From a virus (lineage: Duplodnaviria; Caudoviricetes), in IMG/VR virus record IMGVR_UViG_3300042191_000151, positions 1 to 42,700 of that record: a stretch of DNA of 42,700 nucleotides; one strand, written 5' to 3'. The translations under genes were made by a program, and so were the position numbers. Shown in pieces: positions 25,233 through 33,628 of the stretch; the stretch's first letter is position 1, and every line of letters begins with the position of its first letter. A model generated the notes under the pieces. The model was not told the origin of the DNA. It made no database searches and saw only the letters and a program-made list of their open reading frames with translations.

Positions 25233-25995
25233 CGCGGCCCAGCTCTTCGCGGAGCCGCCGGATGATGATCGCCTGCTCTCGTGCCTGGGCCTCGCGGTCA
25301 TCGAGCTGCGCCTGCAGCCGGAACACCTTGCCCCAGGCGTCGTAGTCGTGACCCGAGGGGGCTAGGTCGTCGTGATCCTCCACGGGCGCCGCCTCGTCGG
25401 GCGGCGTCGCCTCGGACGCGTCGCCGCGCTCGCGGATCATCCGCCAGCAGACTCCGTAGAAGTACCTGCAGGCCCGGTCCGACGCCTCGTGCCAGCGCCC
25501 CTCGGTGACGTCGACGGCCTCGAGTACGAACTCGAGCGGCAGCCGCCGAAGGATCGTCTTGATGCTCGCATCCCGCGGGAACGAGCCACCGTCGGTGAAC
25601 TCCCAGCCGTGGAAATCGTCCGTATCGATCCGGCCGGCGCCAAACGCCTTGGCCCACGCATCGTTGATGATCGCGACCACGTTCAGCTCGACCTGGCGCT
25701 TCTCCTGGGTGAACTCGGCGTACGCCTTCGCCTGGGCGACGCGCTCCTCGAGCTCGGCGATCGCATCCGCCGAGACGCCCGGCCGCTGCGTCGCGTCGAG
25801 CGGGACGTCGGACTTGCCGAGGTTGCACTCGGAACACGAGGTGACGAGGTTGGTCGGGTCGTCGGATCCGCCGTTCGCGGTCGCAACGATGTGATCGAGG
25901 TGCAGAAGAGCCTCGGGCGGCTTGCGGCCGCAGTATTGGCACGTGAAACGGTCGCGCTTGAATACCTCGAACCGGGTCCGCGTTGAGACGCTCAT
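25225..25995 (-). CDS. HNH endonuclease domain protein
   Basis: RFEVFKRDRFTCQYCG..LDHIV..GGSDDPTNLVTSCSECN. Confidence 0.9.
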   Translation of the reverse strand: MSVSTRTRFEVFKRDRFTCQYCGRKPPEALLHLDHIVATANGGSDDPTNLVTSCSECNLGKSDVPLDATQRPGVSADAIAELEERVAQAKAYAEFTQEKRQVELNVVAIINDAWAKAFGAGRIDTDDFHGWEFTDGGSFPRDASIKTILRRLPLEFVLEAVDVTEGRWHEASDRACRYFYGVCWRMIRERGDASEATPPDEAAPVEDHDDLAPSGHDYDAWGKVFRLQAQLDDREAQAREQAIIIRRLREELGRDV

Positions 25996-26243
25996 GGCAG
26001 CTCCTCCTGGTCCGTGACCGCCGTGCGGCGGTACGCCTGGAAAAGCATCGCCTCACTGAACGAAGACGTCGGGCCGTAGCCCTCCCGTGCCGGCTCGCGG
26101 GCGGCGAGTGGCGCGCCCGGACGGACGCCGAGCGCCTCGCGGATCCGGACGACCTCGGGCATGCGCGGCGAGAGGCGACGCGGCGCCGGGATCGGGCGGT
26201 CCGGCATGACCAGCGGCGGCAGGCGGACCGGCTCGGCGATCAC
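25992..26243 (-). CDS. Hypothetical protein
   Basis: Coupled ORF. Confidence 0.5.
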   Translation of the reverse strand: MIAEPVRLPPLVMPDRPIPAPRRLSPRMPEVVRIREALGVRPGAPLAAREPAREGYGPTSSFSEAMLFQAYRRTAVTDQEELP

Positions 26244-27139
26244 GACACGCGGTCCAGGAAGTGGTCACACTCGATCGAGAGCGCGTCGACGTACACCGCC
26301 GGATGCGGGCTCTCGATGACCGGCTCCATCGCCTCGATGAGCGGCCTGATCGAGCAGACGACCGCGTGGGCGCAGTCCTCGCACGGGAGCATCACCGTCG
26401 GCCGGCGTGTCGAATCGGGCGCGGAATATGCATCTTCTATGCCCGGCTCGGGCTCGGGCGGGCTTCCGTCGCCGGGCGGCGAGCCGGCGTCACGGTCAAG
26501 GGCGTCCGTCGCCGGAGCGCCCGCCTCCCGCCCCTCGATTGGTGATTCGGCGCTCACAATGTGAGCGGGTTCCGCCACTGCCGGCGTCGCGCGGTGGACG
26601 GTTCCCTTCCAGCTGCTCCGGGCCTTGAGCAGCTCGTCGACGTCGGCCGGCAAGAGGCCGTTGCGCCGGATCTCGTGCACGATCTGCTCGATCCGTTTCC
26701 CGGTCACGCCGAGGCGTTCCCCCGTCTCGGCGTGGCTCTTGCTCGTCCGGACCGTGTCGAGGACCAGGCTGTTGCGCTCGCCGCGGTCGCGCGGCATCAC
26801 CCGTCGGCCGCGGCTGCCAGAGACGCCTACGGCTGCGCCCGTCAGCGGCGGCGGGTCCGTCGCGGTAGGTGCGAGGGGAACCATCGGCGTGCGCTTCGTG
26901 GCGCCCTTGACGAAGCCGGCGGCCCGCGCGCCCCGGGCCCGGCTCTCGGCCATCGTCGCCGCCGGTCGATCGACCCCGCGACGGCTCGTGTAGCGGGGCA
27001 GCCCCTGGGCCTCGATGCCCGGCGTCCGTGCGATCGCGCCGGGCACGACGACGCGCTCGATCGGACCGACCCCGACTGCGGGTGGCGGCACCGTCTCGTA
27101 CTCGTCCACCCGGTTGTGGCCGTCGCGGATGCGGGGCAT
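26240..27139 (-). CDS. Hypothetical protein with a central HTH-like segment
   Basis: SHAETGERLGVTGKRIEQIV; C-terminal CEDCAH..C. Confidence 0.55.
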   Translation of the reverse strand: MPRIRDGHNRVDEYETVPPPAVGVGPIERVVVPGAIARTPGIEAQGLPRYTSRRGVDRPAATMAESRARGARAAGFVKGATKRTPMVPLAPTATDPPPLTGAAVGVSGSRGRRVMPRDRGERNSLVLDTVRTSKSHAETGERLGVTGKRIEQIVHEIRRNGLLPADVDELLKARSSWKGTVHRATPAVAEPAHIVSAESPIEGREAGAPATDALDRDAGSPPGDGSPPEPEPGIEDAYSAPDSTRRPTVMLPCEDCAHAVVCSIRPLIEAMEPVIESPHPAVYVDALSIECDHFLDRVS

Positions 27140-27786
27140 CAGAGGGGCAGGTCCGCGATGTCGTCGGGCTCGACCGATCGCTCGGCCTCCCCGCGAAGGG
27201 CGTCGGCGTTGACCTCGCCGGCGGGCCGGAGGTCCTCGCTGTCGGTGACGGTCCGGAGCTTCCGCGGCTGCTGCTGGCGCTCCCAGGCGAGGAACGACTC
27301 GAACAGGGCGCGGTGGTTGTCACGGCGCGGTCCGAAGCGGAGCGCGGTCAGCGCGAACTCCTCGACGTCGTGCTCGAACAGCGACACCTTGAGCACGCCG
27401 TCGTCACCGGTCTCGCCGATGTCGACGTGGCTGAGCTCGTGGTGCAGGACGCCCCGGCGCTCGGTCTCGCTGAACTTCTCCCAGAACCACTGGCGGAACT
27501 GGATGACGAGCTCGGTCCCCGCGAGCAGGCGCCAGAGCGGGCTGGCTTTTGTGACCTTGGCGATCGTGTGCGGCTTGACCTCTTCCTTGACCGGGTCGAA
27601 CGCCTTCGTCTCGAAGACGTACCGGATCCGGAGGCCGTCCTGCGCGATCGCGGTCAGGATCGGGCGGAACTCGTCGAACGACGCGAGGACCGACTCGGCG
27701 AGCTCCTCGACCTCGGGCGCGACGACGAACGGGCTGACGACGAGGTCCGGGAACATGCCCGACGAAGGCACCAGCGGCATGGCCAT
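27139..27786 (-). CDS. Putative phage metallopeptidase (HExxH)
   Basis: LHHELSH...HDVEEF...RFG. Confidence 0.8.
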   Translation of the reverse strand: MAMPLVPSSGMFPDLVVSPFVVAPEVEELAESVLASFDEFRPILTAIAQDGLRIRYVFETKAFDPVKEEVKPHTIAKVTKASPLWRLLAGTELVIQFRQWFWEKFSETERRGVLHHELSHVDIGETGDDGVLKVSLFEHDVEEFALTALRFGPRRDNHRALFESFLAWERQQQPRKLRTVTDSEDLRPAGEVNADALRGEAERSVEPDDIADLPL

Positions 27787-28031
27787 CAGGAGTCCGTCCG
27801 CTCGGACGAGGCACTGACGCGGTAGCCGCCGAGGGCGACCGTGAGCCTGGCGCCGATCTCGTTGATGAGATCGTCGTTGGTCGGGATCACGAGCCGCCCC
27901 GTGATCGCGCCGCAGTCGCAGATCCCCTCGCCGGTCGTGCCGTCCGACGCGAACGCGATCGAGCAGCCCTCCTGGTGCTCCGGCTCGCGCAGCGTCACCT
28001 TGACGAGATACGAAGCAATGATCTTGCCCAT
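27786..28031 (-). CDS. Hypothetical protein
   Basis: GAGGA RBS; H..GC...CDCG. Confidence 0.55.
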   Translation of the reverse strand: MGKIIASYLVKVTLREPEHQEGCSIAFASDGTTGEGICDCGAITGRLVIPTNDDLINEIGARLTVALGGYRVSASSERTDS

Positions 28032-28044
28032 GTCCGTTCCTCCT

Positions 28045-28428
28045 CTACCGGGCCGCCGTCGTGGCGGCCTCGTTCTCGATCAGCCGGGCGACATAGCGCC
28101 ACTCGATCCGGGTGACGATCTGGTCGCGCCGTCCGCCTATGTGGTTGACGAAGAACCACACGAACTCGTCCGGGCCCCAGGGCTCGCTGAACCCCTCGGC
28201 GCGGACATCGGCCAGGCCGATCATGTACAGCGGCTCGCGGCGAAGGCTCGTGACCTCGACCTCCGCGAGCCGGGCCAACGGCTCACCGGGCTTCCGGCCC
28301 ATGACCTTCCGACAGAGGGTCAGGCGATCGCCGACCTTGAGGAACAGCCAGCCCGGGCGCCGCGTCACCGTCTTGCGCCGCTCGATCACGGCGTCGGCGG
28401 TATGGGCGACGGACATCAGCCGGCTCAC
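28045..28428 (-). CDS. ASCH-domain protein
   Basis: KTVTRR.GW..LKVGD...V..LRREPL..I...DVRAEGF. Confidence 0.8.
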   Translation of the reverse strand: MSRLMSVAHTADAVIERRKTVTRRPGWLFLKVGDRLTLCRKVMGRKPGEPLARLAEVEVTSLRREPLYMIGLADVRAEGFSEPWGPDEFVWFFVNHIGGRRDQIVTRIEWRYVARLIENEAATTAAR

Positions 28429-29015
28429 GCCCGGTCCTCCGGCTCGATGAACGTCAGCCGGACGTGGCGGTACACGTCCGCCTCCTCGGGCGTCGGGACG
28501 GCCTCGCACGGCGCGATCCGGTCGGCGCAGGCGAGCGGGCCTCGGTGCAGCTCCATGCCGCCCCCGACGTGCCAGCCGCGCCCGCGGATCTGCGTCACGA
28601 AGCGGTGCGAGTAATCCGCCGACCCGGTCCGAATCAGGAGCGCCAGGCCGTAGGTTTCCGGTCGTGCCGAGAACAGATCGAGCTGGATGCCCGACGCGAC
28701 GTGGAGCCACTTCGAGTACCGGGCCCCGCGCTTGGGGTCCATCGGGTGCGCCGCGAGGGTGCCGTCCATGAGGAGGGTGTCGAGGACGACCTGGAGCTCG
28801 TCGACCAGCAGCTCGCGGGTCTCGAACAGGCCCTCGCGCAGCGTCTCGGTGTGGACCCGCGGCACGGCCACGAGCTCGATGTCGCCGACGTCCGGGCGCA
28901 GCCTTCGGATGCTGCCGGCGATGGTGATCCGCGAGCAGCCGAGGCCGAGGACGGTGGCCAGCTGCTCGGCGGCCCTCGTCGCCTCGGCGAGGGGCACGCG
29001 CGTCCCGGCGCTCAC
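28425..29015 (-). CDS. Minimal X-family DNA polymerase/nucleotidyltransferase
   Basis: IAGSIRR...GDIELV, QLDLF, LLIRTGS, EEADVY..L.FIEPEDR. Confidence 0.85.
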   Translation of the reverse strand: MSAGTRVPLAEATRAAEQLATVLGLGCSRITIAGSIRRLRPDVGDIELVAVPRVHTETLREGLFETRELLVDELQVVLDTLLMDGTLAAHPMDPKRGARYSKWLHVASGIQLDLFSARPETYGLALLIRTGSADYSHRFVTQIRGRGWHVGGGMELHRGPLACADRIAPCEAVPTPEEADVYRHVRLTFIEPEDRA

Positions 29016-30376
29016 GCCGGAACCTCGATCCCCAGCGGGATCGCGCGGTTGCGATCGAGCGCCTGGAGCAGGTAGTCCGCGTTCAGGTCGATGAGGACGG
29101 CGCGACGCGAGAGCGACTGCGCGACCATGCCCGTCGTGCCCGAGCCCGCGAACGGGTCAAGCACGACACCCCCCCCCGGACACCCGGCGAGGATCATCGG
29201 CTCGATCAGCTTCGGCGGGAACGTCGCGAAGTGGGCCTCGGGATACGGCGCGGTCGCCACCGTCCAGACGGATCGCTTGTTGCGCCCGTTGCCGAACGGG
29301 TCATCGTGGGGAGCGCCATCAGCCCGCGCGGCGAGCGTCCGGTCTCGCATGCGCCGCTGGCCGTCGGCACCGCCGTCGGCGTAGGTGGCCTCGGTCCGAC
29401 CTTCCCGGTGGATCGAGCCGTGCCCGCCCGCTCCCTTCGAGATGTCCCAACCGCCCGGCACCTTGACGCGCGCCGGTGGCCAGGGGACCGACGAGCCCAT
29501 GTGGGTGTTTAAACGCGATCGCTCGCCCTCTGTCGCGATCTTTCGCTCGACGTTCCCAGAGGGTTTGTCGCCCGCGCGCTCGCGGATCGCCGCGCTGTCG
29601 AACCAGTACCGGGCCGATCGGGTGAGGAGGTAGACCATCTCGTGCGCCGGAGTGGTCCGGTCCCGCACCGAGGACGGCATCGGGTTCGGCTTGGCCCACA
29701 CGATCTCGTCGCGCAGCCACCAGCCGTCCGCCTGGAGGGCCAGCGCGACACGCGCCGGGATCATCACGCGGTCCTTCGGTTTGAGCGTGCCCGTGCGATA
29801 GATGCCCGTGCGGTTGCGAACGGGTGCCCCCGAGCGGTGGCCCGTGTCGTTCTTCTCGCCCGTGGGGCCGAGGAACGTTCCATCGCGCCTGTCGCCGGGA
29901 TCGTGGGACGCGTACGAGTCGCCGAGGTTCAGCCAGCACGTCCCGTCGCGCCGCAGCACGCGGCGGACCTCGCGGAACCCCTCGACGAGATGCGCGACGA
30001 ACTCGTCCGGTGTCGGCTCCAGCCCCAGCGAGCCGCACCACGCGCCACACGCGCAGTACGCGCCCTGCACCACGTCCGTTCGCCGCCACGCGACACGCTT
30101 CTCGGGCGGCTGCTCCTCATCGCGTCCATTCCGCGTGTGCTGCCAGCGCCGCTTGTCGGTGTGGTTCGTGGCGTTGTCGATGACCGGCTCGCCCCATTCG
30201 TGGGCGTGGCTCGGGTCGCCACCCCACGGGATCGGCGGGATGCCGTAGTCGCGCAGCCCCCAATACGGCGGCGAGGTCACCACGCAGTTGACCGACTCGT
30301 CGGGCATCTCGCGGAGCACGTCGAGCCAGTCGCCGTGGTGCACGGTGAGCCAGTCGTCGGCGAACACGATGCTCAC
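29012..30376 (-). CDS. DNA methyltransferase, beta class (N4-C/N6-A)
   Basis: VTSPPYW precedes LDPFAGSGTT; HFATFP. Confidence 0.93.
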   Translation of the reverse strand: MSIVFADDWLTVHHGDWLDVLREMPDESVNCVVTSPPYWGLRDYGIPPIPWGGDPSHAHEWGEPVIDNATNHTDKRRWQHTRNGRDEEQPPEKRVAWRRTDVVQGAYCACGAWCGSLGLEPTPDEFVAHLVEGFREVRRVLRRDGTCWLNLGDSYASHDPGDRRDGTFLGPTGEKNDTGHRSGAPVRNRTGIYRTGTLKPKDRVMIPARVALALQADGWWLRDEIVWAKPNPMPSSVRDRTTPAHEMVYLLTRSARYWFDSAAIRERAGDKPSGNVERKIATEGERSRLNTHMGSSVPWPPARVKVPGGWDISKGAGGHGSIHREGRTEATYADGGADGQRRMRDRTLAARADGAPHDDPFGNGRNKRSVWTVATAPYPEAHFATFPPKLIEPMILAGCPGGGVVLDPFAGSGTTGMVAQSLSRRAVLIDLNADYLLQALDRNRAIPLGIEVPA

Positions 30377-30582
30377 TCGCGCACCGCCAGCACGTTCCGC
30401 ACCGCCAGCACGACGATCCAGTCGGCCTGCTCGCGGCCCCGCGAGGCGTCAGGCACGACCGGGCGGATGCTGGCGACCGTCTGGATGCGATATCCGAGTT
30501 CGCGCGCGGTCTGCTTCGCCCGTCCGGCAGCGTCGGTCGACCCGATGGCGCGCACGCGGAACTCGACCGTGCGGCTGCTCAT
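30373..30582 (-). CDS. Hypothetical protein
   Basis: Coupled ORF. Confidence 0.5.
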   Translation of the reverse strand: MSSRTVEFRVRAIGSTDAAGRAKQTARELGYRIQTVASIRPVVPDASRGREQADWIVVLAVRNVLAVRE

Positions 30583-30773
30583 GCGAACACCGCTGGCTCA
30601 TCCGCGGCCGCCCGGTCAGCGACGTCGGCGATCCGGTCGAGCGTGTGCGCCGTGGCGCGCAGATCGCGCGCGGCCGCCCAGCGCGCCGTGTAGACGCCGT
30701 CCACCCGCGCCGCGACCTCGCGCACTTCGGCGGCGATGCGGCGGAGCTCGACGGCGGTCTCGTGGAGCGTCAT
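30579..30773 (-). CDS. Hypothetical helical protein
   Basis: ATGA overlaps. Confidence 0.5.
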   Translation of the reverse strand: MTLHETAVELRRIAAEVREVAARVDGVYTARWAAARDLRATAHTLDRIADVADRAAADEPAVFA

Positions 30774-31021
30774 CGCGGCACCCACGGCGCGACCTGGACG
30801 GGCGTGCCGTCCTCGATCTCGAAGGAGGCACGCCGGTCGCCCACGTGGACCTCGTACTGCGGCCGACCGGCACGCTCGACTGCCCGGTAGATCGTTTGGC
30901 GGCTCACGCCGTAGGCCGCCGCCAGGTCGGCGGCCCGCGCACCTGCGGCGTGGGCGCCCCTGACAGCGATCTCCTGCTCGGGCGTGAGGGCTCGGAAGCG
31001 GTAGCCCGACGCGACGGTCAT
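30770..31021 (-). CDS. HTH protein (Hin/resolvase-type HTH)
   Basis: LTPEQ...ADLAAAYGVSRQTIYR. Confidence 0.7.
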   Translation of the reverse strand: MTVASGYRFRALTPEQEIAVRGAHAAGARAADLAAAYGVSRQTIYRAVERAGRPQYEVHVGDRRASFEIEDGTPVQVAPWVPR

Positions 31022-32241
31022 GACGCGACCGCCTTGACGCTCTCGACGAGCGCCCGCCACTCGCGCTCGAAGGCCTCGTGGCCGCGCGAGTCGTGGACGG
31101 TGGCGATCGCGTGCGCCTGGCCCTTGGACGGCTTCGAGCCGTCGTCGCCCGGCCAGAGGGCGAGGAAGCCCGGCGAGGCGAAGCCGCCGAACCCGGCGAA
31201 CGCATCCCGGAGGGGCGCGAGCTCGTCGGGCGAGGCGAGGGCATCGCCGTCATCGGTCGCGGCCGCGCTGTCGCGCAGCTGGGTCACGAAGTCGGGCTTC
31301 GGCGCCGCCATCCAGAGCGGCTCCTCGGGGGCCTCGGGGGCCGCGGAGGCCGGGGTCGCCGGGGACTCGATGAACGAGCCCTCGACGACGTCGCCTTCCG
31401 TGGACGCCGGCGGCTCGACCGGCTTCGGCGCGAGGCGCGCGGCGAGCCGCGATGCCTTCGTCGGGCCCGCGGTCGCCGTGGCCTGATCCTCGACGCCCTC
31501 GCCGCCATCGTCGAGCTCGTCCTCGCGCACGAGGATGCTGCGGACCTCGGGTCGGACCGGGAGGTTCTTGGCGATGCGCTTGATGACCGTCTTCTTGGCC
31601 ATCTCGTCCCAGTCCGTCGCCCAGGGCGAGAACGCCGAGCCGCGGCCGCGGCCCTGGATCTTCGCGATCTCGGCCCGGTCCATGACGTCCGGGATCCGCT
31701 CGCCGTTCTTGAGCCGGGCCACGGCGTACACGTGCGTCGTCGCCTTCGCCGATCGATCGGGCGACAGGCTCGGGACGTGCTGCACGAAGGCGTCCGTGCC
31801 GAGCTGGTACGCGAACTCGTCGCCCTCCTTGGCGACGCGCGCCTCAAGCGAGACGACCTCGCTCGGCTGCTTCGTGACCAAGCGGATGACGCCCCGGTAG
31901 TCGGGGATCAGCTGCGCCTGCTTCTCGTAGCGGTCGGGGTTCTTGCTGACCTTGACGTTGTACGGCACGAGGTGCGCGCCACCGGACGCGCCGGTCGGCT
32001 CGAGGCCCATTGCGGCCGCCTCGAACACTGAGCGAACCACCGACTCGGGCGTGCACTCGAGGAGCTCGGGGTTCTTCATCAGCGCCTGGATGACGACCCG
32101 GCGGAAGCGCGAGACGGCCGCCGCGTCCGGCAGCAGGTCGACGAGGGCCTGGCTGTTGGCGTCGATCGCCATCACCGCGGCGCTCTTCTCGACGCGGTCG
32201 ACGACCGTCAGGGCGGTCGATGGTGCGGTTGCGGTGGCCAT
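31018..32241 (-). CDS. recT: RecT-family single-strand annealing protein
   Basis: NPELLECTPES..GLEP..HLVPY..AQLIPDYRG..SPWATDWDEMAKKTVIKR. Confidence 0.92.
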   Translation of the reverse strand: MATATAPSTALTVVDRVEKSAAVMAIDANSQALVDLLPDAAAVSRFRRVVIQALMKNPELLECTPESVVRSVFEAAAMGLEPTGASGGAHLVPYNVKVSKNPDRYEKQAQLIPDYRGVIRLVTKQPSEVVSLEARVAKEGDEFAYQLGTDAFVQHVPSLSPDRSAKATTHVYAVARLKNGERIPDVMDRAEIAKIQGRGRGSAFSPWATDWDEMAKKTVIKRIAKNLPVRPEVRSILVREDELDDGGEGVEDQATATAGPTKASRLAARLAPKPVEPPASTEGDVVEGSFIESPATPASAAPEAPEEPLWMAAPKPDFVTQLRDSAAATDDGDALASPDELAPLRDAFAGFGGFASPGFLALWPGDDGSKPSKGQAHAIATVHDSRGHEAFEREWRALVESVKAVAS

Positions 32242-32243
32242 GG

Positions 32244-33308
32244 TCACTCCTCGTCCTCTTCCCACTTCGGGGGGCCAAAGCGCGGCGCGCTTGGCTTCGT
32301 GGTCGTGTGCAGCGCGGTCGTCGCGAACTCGTTCGCCGCGTCGAAGTCGTGGCGGATCCGCGAGGCGTAGAGCTCAAGGGACGGCCAGTCGGGCTTCTCT
32401 TCGATCAGCGTGGCGACGGACTCGAGCTCGGTGCGGTACGCCGCGGCAACGAGCTTCCAATCCGTCGTCTCGCGATCCTTGGTGGTCCGCCAGGGGATCT
32501 CGCCGACGCCCGCTGCGGTGATCCGCTCGGCGCCGGCGGCGAGCATCGCGGCCTTGATCCGGGCTTCAAGCTCGTCGCGTTCGATCTCGCTAGCGGCAAG
32601 CTCGGCGCGAACCTTGCGGAGGATCCGCATCATCTGAGCGGCGTCAGCGTCGGCCTCGATCGTCACGAGATCCGCGCCGCGCGGGTACATCGCGGCAAGC
32701 GCCCGGCGCGTGGCCTCGGTGCCGTCGACCGGCGGCTCGGTGCGGGACAAGACGTGGTCCCAGAAGGCGGCTTCGCGCTCGATGATCGCGGCCTCGGCCT
32801 CGGGAGTGCGGGTGATCGGGTAGATCAGGACGGACTGCGCGCCGGGCTTGAGCAGCGCGACGTCGCCCTCGGGCTCGTCGAGGACCGCCAGTTGGTGGAG
32901 GACCTGGACGAGGACGTCGTCGGGAACCTCGTCGGTGCCGGGCTCGCCGTAGCCCGTCGCGCGCGCCGAGAACTTGAGCTCGACCGGCTTCCGGCCGGCA
33001 CGCCTGTCGATGCTCGCGAGCATGAATGCGTACTCGGCGTGCTGGCGCAGGTTGTTCGCGCGCCGGACCTTGACGCCGGTCGCCTCGGTGTAAAGGCGGG
33101 CGATGAGGGGCTCGAGCTCCGACCCGATCTGCATCGAGATGTTCGCGGGCGCCGGCGGGACCAGCCCGAGCTTCTCGGCCCACAGGCCCATCGGACTCTG
33201 CCACTCGGACACGCCGATGGCGGCCGCGGCCTGGCTGGCGCCGATGCCGTTCTCGCGCGCCGCCAGCCACTCGGGCGTCCTCTGGCGGACGGGCAGGACG
33301 ACGGTCAT
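32244..33308 (-). CDS. YqaJ-family recombination exonuclease
   Basis: EWLAARENGIGAS..LWAEKLG..G.ELEP..LASIDR..VELK..QVLHQL. Confidence 0.9.
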   Translation of the reverse strand: MTVVLPVRQRTPEWLAARENGIGASQAAAAIGVSEWQSPMGLWAEKLGLVPPAPANISMQIGSELEPLIARLYTEATGVKVRRANNLRQHAEYAFMLASIDRRAGRKPVELKFSARATGYGEPGTDEVPDDVLVQVLHQLAVLDEPEGDVALLKPGAQSVLIYPITRTPEAEAAIIEREAAFWDHVLSRTEPPVDGTEATRRALAAMYPRGADLVTIEADADAAQMMRILRKVRAELAASEIERDELEARIKAAMLAAGAERITAAGVGEIPWRTTKDRETTDWKLVAAAYRTELESVATLIEEKPDWPSLELYASRIRHDFDAANEFATTALHTTTKPSAPRFGPPKWEEDEE

Positions 33309-33562
33309 CAGACGGCCACCGGCTCGGCGGGCTTGTCGAGGTCGAGCTCGATGCTCGCGATCTGGACGACGTCGCAGCCGTCCAGGACCACGATCGGCCA
33401 GTGGCCGGCCTCCCAGCCTCGCAGCTGGGCGATCAGGTCGGCCTTCGCCGAATCGGAGAGGCGCTCGGGGCTGACCAGGATGGCGCGGCCGTCGGGTCGC
33501 ACGACGAGGGTGAACCGGGTCGGCTTGAGCCCGGCGGCGGGGACGGCTGCGCTGATGGCCAT
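33308..33562 (-). CDS. Hypothetical protein
   Basis: GAGGAG RBS. Confidence 0.6.
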   Translation of the reverse strand: MAISAAVPAAGLKPTRFTLVVRPDGRAILVSPERLSDSAKADLIAQLRGWEAGHWPIVVLDGCDVVQIASIELDLDKPAEPVAV

Positions 33563-33591
33563 GTGCTCCTCCTCTCGTTCGCGATGTAGAT

Positions 33592-33625
33592 GCCGGCCCG
33601 GGAACCTCCCCGCTCCCGGGCCGGC
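33592..33625. other. 12-bp intergenic hairpin
   Basis: gccggcccggga-N10-tcccgggccggc; no U-tract. Confidence 0.7.
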
Positions 33626-33628
33626 TGG

